The notes below the pieces were generated by a model. The model did not search any database. It saw nothing but the letters and a program-made list of their open reading frames with translations, and was not told the origin of the DNA. DNA of 64,000 nt from contig NC_043001.1 of the NCBI RefSeq assembly GCF_006345805.1, positions 45,756,001 to 45,820,000 on the forward strand. The letters are read 5' to 3'. This DNA is from Octopus sinensis. Lineage: Eukaryota. Each line of letters begins with the position of its first letter. Position 1 is the first letter of the stretch. The position numbers and the translations under genes were made by a program. Shown here piece by piece: positions 55,501 through 64,000 of this stretch.

Positions 55501-56142
55501 AATATAAAAATATAATCATCTGTAAATTGTCTGTTGGTGCTATTAGAAATGTTTCTATATTGTGACTGTTACAGAATATAGAAAGAAGTATAAAACCGAT
55601 AACATCCAACCAAAATATCTGTGACGCAAACATAATTACTATTTAGCCTTAAAATACATTGTATATATTCAAAGAACCTTCTTGGTTTAGTGGTATAGAA
55701 TGTTCTTCTGGTATTTTATCCTTTTATTTGCTTCAGTCATTTGATGGTGGCCATGCTGGAGCACTACGTTTTAGTCAAAGAAATCAACCCCTGGACTTAT
55801 TCCCTGTAAGCCTGGGGCTTATTCTATCTGTCTCTTCTGCTGAACAGCTAAGTTACGAGAATGCAAACACACCAACATCGGTTGTCAAACAATGGGGGGA
55901 GGGGGGCAAACACATACATAACTATATATATGGCGGGCTTCTTTCAGTTTTCGTCTACCAAATTCACTGATGAGGATTTGGTCGGCCTGAGGCTATAGTA
56001 GAACACGCTCTTTAAAGTAGAGAGTTGAATTTCGTGTAGCCACCTGTTGGCAACTTTCCTCTTTTTAATTTAACAATGTGTGTCTGTATCCATGCATCAA
56101 CTTTTCTTTCCATCTATGTATCTACTTTTCTTGCAATGTGAT

Positions 56143-56270
56143 AAACATTTAAAAACACAAAACGAACACTGTCACCACTCACTGTCTCTCTTTCTCTCTT
56201 ACTTCCTCTCTGAAACATTTAAAAACACAAAATGAACGCCATCACCATTCACTCTCTTTCACCCTCTCTT
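56143..56270. repeat. 70-bp-period direct duplication in a pyrimidine-rich tract
   Basis: AAACATTTAAAAACACAAAA(C/T)GAAC...CACCA(C/T)TCAC at 56143 and 56213. Confidence 0.75.
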
Positions 56271-57369
56271 TCTCTCCCTTTCACTTTTACTTTTTCTCTG
56301 TCCTCTTCTCTCTTACTTTGCCATTCACTTCTTCCTTTGAAGTAAAGAGTGACACGCAGCACAGGTATGGACAAAAACAAACAAAACGAACTGTATTAAT
56401 ATTATTGATTACGAATAATATAATATTGAAAACAAGCTAAATTATCTCAGTCTTTTATCTGGCACCTTGCTGCACTCAAGAAGACCTGTCCTCAACAGCA
56501 GAAGTGTTAAGGCTGCTCTTCCTAATGAAAGGGGTTGGCCTGTAAGAGCCCTGTGCTGGTGCCACGTAAAAGCACCCAGCACACACTGTAAAGTGGTTGG
56601 TGTTAGGAAGGGCATCCAACCATAGAAACCAAGCCAAATCAGAACCTGGTACAGCTCCCCAGCTTGCCTACTCCTTCAAACTGTGCAATCCATGCCAGCA
56701 TGGAAAACAGATGTTAAAGGATGATAATGTCAGTAGAAACTTACAAAAAATTGTAAACAGTACGTTGGTAGTTGTGCGGGGAGGATACATCAACTCAATA
56801 CACCTCCATCCCCAACCTACATAATTCACACTTGATATAGGTCTTACACTATTTAATGACTGTTACCTTTAAGAAACATTTTCTAATTGTCTAAATGAAA
56901 AATTCTCCCAAAACATATGAAAGGAATGTTTAATTTCCATTTGCCTATCAGTAATTTGCAACAAAAAAAACGACAACAAAACCATTGTGGTTGTGCACCA
57001 CCCTAATGGCTGATCATGTTTACAGAAAACACCACAACCAGAAATACAAGTTTTATGTCCTGTATGGGAATTCTCTTGGTCAAAATATAAACAAATATAC
57101 AGCTGAACTGAAAGACGATAAAGTTGAAATATGTTACTCTCATAATGTAGTTTATGATAAATTTATGGTTTCAAACTGCGTTCTAGTATACTATCACAAC
57201 ATTGTATTTACATGTACAAACTCATAAATTTCCTCCTACAAAACCACTTTAAAAAAACCTTTCAATGGATGTATGATGAAACATACTAAATTTGTTTTGT
57301 TTTTTTCCATAAAATATACTTGTAAAATAGAGAGGCATTGTGAGAGTGCAAATTATATAAAAAGAAGGT

Positions 57370-57697
57370 AAAGAGTAAAAACCCCGTTTGGTCATGAATG
57401 ACCATGGGATTGCACTTCTGAGGCACAAGACCAGGCAAAGTTGTTTATGGAAGACCAGCAGTCGCCCATGCATACCAGCGTCCCCTCTCCATGCCACCAA
57501 TGTTGTCCAAAGGCAAGGTAAAAGCTGATACAGCTTGGCACTGGTGATGTCACAACTCATTTCTACAGCTGAGTGAACTGGAGTAAAGTGAAACAAAGTG
57601 TCTTGCTCAAGAACACAATACACAGCCCGGTTCAGGAATCAAACTCATAACCTCATGATTGTGAGCCCAATGCTCTAACCACTGAGCCATGAACCTT
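57370..57697 (-). mobile_element. tRNA-Val-like SINE family 3 (CORE/V-type middle, RTE-like tail)
   Basis: Minus strand: GGCTCAGTGGTTAGAGCATTGGGCTCACAATC...TGTTCTTGAGCAAGACACTTT...CTCCAGTTCACTCAGCTGTAGAAATGAGT. Confidence 0.7.
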
Positions 57698-60219
57698 CAC
57701 TTATACGCCTGCAAATATATTTGTTTGATGTCTAAGAAACAAACTACTCCTACCAAATACACTTCACTGAGAAAAGTTGTAAGAGGTGAAGTTCAAGTCA
57801 CAGTCAAAGCGCGACAAACTTACAAGGTTATTTTAGTAGATTTGTGTGGGGTCCATGCCTGTTTACACTAGTTTAAGAAGAAAGAAGGGGTTTATATAGT
57901 ACTCCCTTATGTCCAATAACTTAGCTGTTCAACAAATAGAAAACGATAAAATATGTACAAGACTGAAGTGTGTGCTGGGGGGTTGAAATAATTGACTAAA
58001 ATCCTGTCAGGCAGTGACCCAGCATGTCAAAGAAATAAAAGAGTAAAAAAGAAATACCGCTGATGTGGTTAGCAAATAGATGAAAGAGTAACAGGTAAAA
58101 AGCAAGAAAGAAAGAATAAGTGTGAGCGAGAACTTCTAAGTGAGAATGAACAGAAAGAGGAGTATGAGAGTTATGGAATGAAGTGTAGCAATCTTTGTGA
58201 ATAATGTATTAATTTCACTTCATCAAACTGTTGCTGCTTTCACTTCAGTGGTCTCCTCATTTTTCATTAGGGATGTTGTTGAATTAACATTTTTTATTAT
58301 TGAATTATTTTTTTGTGTTCTTTCATCTTATGTATTTTACTTGCTTCAGTCATTGGACTGTGGCAATACTGGAGCACCACCTTGAAGGGTTTAGTTGAAT
58401 AAATTAAACCTAATATTTAATTTATCAGCCTCTTTTGTCTTTTGCAGAACCACAAAGTTTCAGAGACATATTGGGGGAGACAAACACCTAGACACATAGA
58501 CTTGACATACTTCGGCACAGTTTCTGCCGACTAAATTCATTCACAAGAAATTGGTTGGCCTGGGACAAAAGACACTTGCCCAAGGTGCTGTGCAGTAGGA
58601 GTGAACTCAAAACAACATGGTTGCAAATTGAGCTTTGGGTTGCTGTTTTTCATTTTTGTGTTGCATACAAAGATGTTTAAAATCCAATAGCAAAAAACTT
58701 CAATTACCATCACTGAAGATAAACAAGCTGGCCATAGTACTGTGTTGAAAAAAATAAAACCTTTCTGAGCGACCAAACAGAGCCATAGTAGCTATACCTT
58801 GAGAAAATGAAATCTCTATTTTATTAACAAAGCTCACTTTGAAAGAGAGCCAAAAGAAAAGAGATACAAAAATTACTCCTGTTGACAATGACAGTGTTTA
58901 ATCACAGGACAGCTCTGATTGAGTAGACCTATGATTAAAGACATTCCAGCTACACTCATCGTGTTATTTTAAATTATCATGAAATCTATCCTTCCAATGG
59001 TGGGTTGTAATCAAAAGATTTTGCCTCTATTTTTAGCATGTCAACTGACAACATATGGTTTCTTTGCTTTGCTTTCTCTTTAATCTCTCATTAGAAAGGT
59101 TTAACAGCAAGAAGGAAATGTGTGTATGTGTGTGTGTGTGTGTGCATATGCACATACAAACAGAACTATCACATTTGTTTCATGTAATGTGGGGAAAATT
59201 CACTTCTGGCCTTGGTCTGCCTTAATTCCACGAACTGCTTCTGTGATTTCTGAATCGTTACTTCATTTTTGTAAAATTTTGCAATTATTTCAACCGATAA
59301 TGGCATTAAGCAAAAACAAAAAGAAAGCCTTTGAACTTAAATGTGACAGAAAAATTAGTGACAGTAAATTATATCAAAGTGCCTTCGTAGTATGTTTGTG
59401 AAATTTAGTGTTAAAAAAAGCAAACTGTTTTTTTATCTTGCCCAACATGAAAGTTGAGTAAAATAAAACATGTAGAAGCCATGTAAAAGTGGTATCTTCA
59501 ACAGAGATCCAGTGCTGTTAATGTGCAAGGTTTTGAATTGAACTCAGCGAAATTCTCAGAAAACACATAGGAACTTAATGAGGTAGGTCCTAGACATTGC
59601 AAGTTTTAATGTTTTAGCTATGTGGCTGATTTTTCTTCCTGCATCAAACCTTTATAAAACAACAAGTTTAATATCCAGCGTAATCCTTTTACAGTTTCCA
59701 TTTCACACTACAGCCCTCTATTCCACTTGACAGATCCTTTCCAAACATTTTGAATTGAAGATAAATCCAACGACAGCAGTGATCAACAATTATCCACAAC
59801 AAATATGCAGTAAAAGAAAAATAGCACCAAGAAAGAACTATTTTGTGAAAGCAAAGAATTGTTGTCCTATTCCTTTAGGCGTAAAAATGGAAGTGAGAAG
59901 ATGAAAAGGTGAAGGAGTGTGATGGGATGTTAGTTGAAGGGTTACTGGGTTCATAGGCACTTTGCTCCTTGCATCTGACTTGAACCATAAAAACCCTACA
60001 ATCTACTCACATACACATGTGCACACACAAATACATATGCTGGTACTATAATTGTTGTAGCCAGTTAGTAATTCAAAAGTTGGTGGGTTTATAGTGGTGA
60101 TGGGTTGTATTAGCTTTGATGATGACAGTAAGGGTATTATGAATGGTGGCAATAGTACCATTGTTATTCTTAATTGTTGCTGATATTTAGTTCCACCTCA
60201 ATCCTCATTGACCTAATAT

Positions 60220-60431
60220 TGATTTCAAATTTTGGCATAAGGCCAGCAATTTCATGGGAGGGGATAAGTCAATTATGTTGAGCCCAGTGCTCAACTGGTA
60301 CTTATTCTATCATCCCCAAAAGGATGAAAGGTAAAGTCAACCTTGGTAGAATTTGATCTTAGAATGTGAAGACAGACGAAATGCTAAAAATTTTGCTTGG
60401 CATGGTAATGATTCTATCAGCTCACCACCTT
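60220..60431 (-). mobile_element. tRNA-SINE family 2 copy with 15-bp TSD
   Basis: TCATTGACCTAATAT at 60205-60219 and 60432-60446; core AAAGGATGAAAGGTAAAGTCAACC on plus strand. Confidence 0.78.
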
Positions 60432-61539
60432 TCATTGACCTAATATCAAAGACATCTTGTTCAACTTTTAAATACACTAGAGTACTACATTGTCTCATGT
60501 AATTGTTTTTTAGTTTAGATGGAATAGCAAATTATAATGTTCATACAGTTGTTGTTGGTCATTAGAGTTGGTGGGTTGGTAATGGTGGTGGTTGTATTGG
60601 TCTTTGGTGTTGTAGCAGGTTGTGCTGGTGTTGATGACAGTGATGGTGAAGAAGATTGATATTTTTTTTTATAGGCATGGCTATGTGGTTGAGAACCTTG
60701 CTTCCTAAGAATGTGGTCCCAGGTTCAGTCCTACTGCATGGCATCTGGAGCAAGTTTCTTCTATTTTAGGTTGATCAAAGCCTTGTGAGTAAATGTTGAT
60801 AGATGGAAACTGAAAGAAACTCATTGTACATATGTGTCTTTTTGTGTGTACCCTAGTCTTAATACAGCATGATGGTTGTAAAGAAGCATCACCATCAAAC
60901 AAACAATCTAGTTTGATATCAAGTGACTAGGGAAATATTACCTTGCTTGAAAACAGGTGAATGTTGATGACAGGAATGAGCATCCAACCATAGAATATTT
61001 GCCTCAACAAATTTTACCTGGTCCATGCAAGCATTGAAAAGTAGACATTGAATGATGATGATATAGACAGAAAGACAAATAAATAGATGCTCATCGAGAT
61101 CCCAAATATATATATATATATACAAACATATACACAAATATTCACAATGAAAAATACCATCTCACAATCTCTAAGCATCAATAATAATGCATACGAAAGC
61201 ATCTACATACACCACACATACGAATGTGTGTATTGTTATAAGTTTTTCAAATTGCTAATGACTTTCATTTTAGATAAAATGTTCAGAAGTGGCCTTCTGG
61301 CTAAGAAGAAAGAGTTGTTTTCAATTCTTAAAATTACTGAGTCTTTGTAATAGTAAAATTACAGAAGATATCTCATATCATAGAAGAGGTAGTTATAACT
61401 GACCTAAATTATTGTAATTTTAGTATATCATTAATATACATCTAGTAAGCTGATCTGCCAACTTTTGTTGTTCCAGACTGAAGTAAACAACTGTAACTGC
61501 ACTTTGAACACACCATACTAAACACTGCTGGTCACAGCT

Positions 61540-62035
61540 GACTAGTTTGCAAAATGCAGTCAGGATGTCTGAAAGCTCACTAATGCAATAAAATTTTTTG
61601 TTAAACTGTGTGAAAATGCTAAAGAAACATATGAAAGGCTCCAGGCTGCATATGGGTTAACTTTTCACTGGTACAAGAGGATCAAGAAGATCTGAACATG
61701 CACAGAATTTGTGCAAAGTTTGTTCCCAGGTGCATCCAGGTAACCAACTACTTGACAGAGATGGGTATCAAAATTGCCCTTCATCTTCCTTACAGTCTAG
61801 GCCTTGCTCCCTGTGACTTTTTGTTGTTCCCAAGCTGAAGGAGACCTCAGAAGCAATAGTTTTGAAGATGAAGCAGATTGTCAGAAAGGTCCTGGACACC
61901 TTCACAAAGTGGCCAGAGTGTTGCAAGTGCTTTGAAGTCAGAAGATCAATCTTTGAGGAGAATAGAATTTTGTACTTCTTTGAAATTGATGTCTCTCCTG
62001 CTAAAGTTTGAAAACTTCTGGAATGCACCACGTGT
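61540..62035 (+). mobile_element. Heavily deleted mariner (DD34D-type) relic
   Basis: AIKFFVKL..NAKETYERLQAAYG; LNMHRICAKFVPR; PYSLGLAPCDFLL (YSPDLAPxD motif); right TIR-like GAAAACTTCTGGAATGCACCACGT. Confidence 0.75.
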
Positions 62036-62188
62036 GTGTGTGTGTGTGTGTGTATGCTCATGCATACTAGCAAGCTCACTTACAATGCTGCACTAGGGAA
62101 CATTTGTAGAACTGATTTGCTTCTTACAAGATGTTGCATGAACATGACCAATAATAACCAATCAACAAGCATTATTAATCCTCTCAAA

Positions 62189-62399
62189 AGCAGCAGGCTG
62201 GCAGAATCGTTAGCACTGTGGACAAAATGCTTAGCGGTATTTCGCCCGTTGCTACATTCTAAGTTCAAATTCTGCCGAGGTCAACTTTGCCTTTCATCCT
62301 TTCAGGGTTGATAAAATAAATATCAGTTGAATACTGGGGTTGATGTAATCAACTCATTCCCACCTCCCACAAGCTGCCCTTCTGGCAAAGCTTGAAATA
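62189..62399 (+). mobile_element. tRNA-SINE family 2 (Nin/Deu-like core) with perfect 18-bp TSD
   Basis: Core GCCTTTCATCCTTTCAGGGTTGATAAAATAA; TSD ATTATTAATCCTCTCAAA at 62171-62188 and 62400-62417. Other copies at 8815-8930(+), 28556-28670(-) and 31005-31203(-). Confidence 0.8.
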
Positions 62400-63049
62400 A
62401 TTATTAATCCTCTCAAATAAACAATATGAAACCTTGTTAAATTTCAATCCCTAGTTACTTCAAAAACATGCAAAATTCAATCATACAACTAACTCCCACT
62501 ACCTAAAATTACTGGTCTTGTAACCAAAATTGGAAACCATTATTATTACTAGTATCTTAATTCAATTTATTGTGGTATTATCATTAGGTTTGTAAGGATA
62601 GCACAGATGGTAATGAGCTAAACAGTAATTAACTTCGTTGACTGATGACAGTGTTCAAATACTGCTAGTCTGCTTCATCACTGGATTTGGTCCTACCATT
62701 GGCCTGCAGGAAATATTTACCATATTCAGTTCAAGAGACTACAGCTGCTCCAATACATCATACATGCATGTAGGGTACATATTACATTATGCAAAGAAGT
62801 TTATACAGCGTCAAGGGGTCATGAACTGACTGGGGGAAATACACACCAAAACTCTTGAAGCATAGTGACCAGAGACTACAACAATAGCATAACTTTCCAT
62901 TTAGTATATAGGAAATAAAAAACAACATACACAAATATACATATATGCATCTAAACACATATATATACATATAAAAACACATATACATAGATAGGTATAT
63001 ATATATATATATATAAACATGTAAATACATACATACACACACACATATA

Positions 63050-64000
63050 CAGGGTGCATAAGGTATTTGAGGACATACCTTTTTGGGGGTCATTTCTGCA
63101 TTTTTTGCTAATTCTGTATAATCTTTGTTTCAGAAAATAATAATAGCAGTCCTGCTTACTCAAGAAATGAAGAGGCATGCGTGGTTATAAAGGCTAAGCA
63201 TAGCTATTCAGAAATATCGCTATCTTTAAAAGTTGCCAGATCTTTCGTCCGCAGAGTTTGTAAGGAGCTAGAGACTGAAGATGGAAACCTGTCACTAGTA
63301 TCAAAGCATAAAAAGCAATCTAAACACACTGAAATCATCAGAACACCTGAATTTATCCAGCAAGTTCAACAGACCATTGATTACAATCCCAGAAAGTCCA
63401 TGAGGTCAATTGCAAAAGATCTCCATGTGTCAGAAAGAACAGTCAGAAATGTTGTTCATGAAGACATCAGATATAAGTCTTATATGATGAGGAAAGGTCA
63501 ATTTGTCAGAAAAAACAAAAGAAAATTACTACATCAGATTACTAAAAGGCTCTTAAACAAACTGAAAAATCCGGCAGAAGATTTGATTTGGTTTTTCTCA
63601 AATAAGAAAAGCTTTGACCAAGATCAAAAAGTTAATAGGGAATGACAGATGGTTATGTGCAGACCCTTCTGAAGTTCCAAGTGTTATGCATACAAAATTT
63701 CCTGCAATAGTGATGGTTTTAGGGGTCGTCAGTAATGAAGGACATGTGATGCCTCCTTACTTCTTTCCACAAGGCCTTAGAGTTAACTCTTCTGCCTACA
63801 TTGAGGTCCTGGAAATAATTGTTAACCCTGGGATAGACAGTGTATGCAATGGAAGGCCATATGTTTCAGTAAGACTCTGCACTATCACACATGGCTCTAG
63901 TAATACAGGAATGGATGGCTGAAAATTTTTATGATCACATAACCCCTAACATTTGGCCTCTTAATTCCCCAGATCTCAATCCATTGGACTATTACATGTG
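63050..64000 (+). mobile_element. IS630-Tc1-mariner transposon of the DD37D (maT) family, pseudogenised, truncated by window end
   Basis: TA|CAGGGTG TIR start; frameshifted start near the ATG at 63167; HTH NPRKSMRSIAKDLHVSERTVRNVV; WFFSNKK (first D mutated to N); VMVLGVVS; FQ*DSA followed by exactly 37 residues to the D of SPDLNPLD. Confidence 0.9.

Noticed and set aside
59120-59401. ORF with MALSKNKKKAFELKC start, possible DNA-transposase fragment
   Set aside because: No recognisable domain motif or termini; unsupported.
62636-62675. GA-CTGATGA-CAGT-N8-ACTG-CTAGTC hammerhead-like string
   Set aside because: The essential GAAA is entirely absent and stem I is only 2 bp; chance cannot be excluded.

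Overview
This is AT-rich, microsatellite-rich eukaryotic genomic DNA. The repeat families look like those of octopod cephalopods (inference from SINE and RTE-tail families, not a search). The window is dominated by one spliced minus-strand gene, a HERC4-like (small HERC3/4-type) E3 ubiquitin ligase. I assembled it by hand as 20 GT-AG coding exons from the ATG at 49312 down to 331. They total 2373 nt (791 codons) with every splice phase consistent, and encode RCC1-like repeats, a spacer and the start of the HECT domain; the gene runs off the left edge. An acceptor 6 nt before the ATG implies an unlocated upstream non-coding exon. The introns and upstream flank hold decayed RTE LINEs and many RTE 3' tails, several tRNA-SINE families, an internally deleted Helitron with both termini, mariner and DD37D maT relics, and piggyBac- and hAT-type MITEs. 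The most unusual signal is a set of long head-to-head palindromes in introns 1-3 and upstream. Three carry minimal type I hammerhead-ribozyme motifs from two sequence families (one copy has a perfect 13-bp TSD), and a fourth, upstream, holds a more decayed motif. Two palindromes start at tRNA-derived Pol III heads, suggesting SINE-like passengers of Penelope-like retroelements. Also present: a bipartite RTE derivative with an HDV-ribozyme-like 5' end, a perfect 31-bp inverted repeat flanking exon 20, and a candidate poison exon. Exon boundaries were read base by base; most repeat boundaries are approximate (about +/-10-20 nt).
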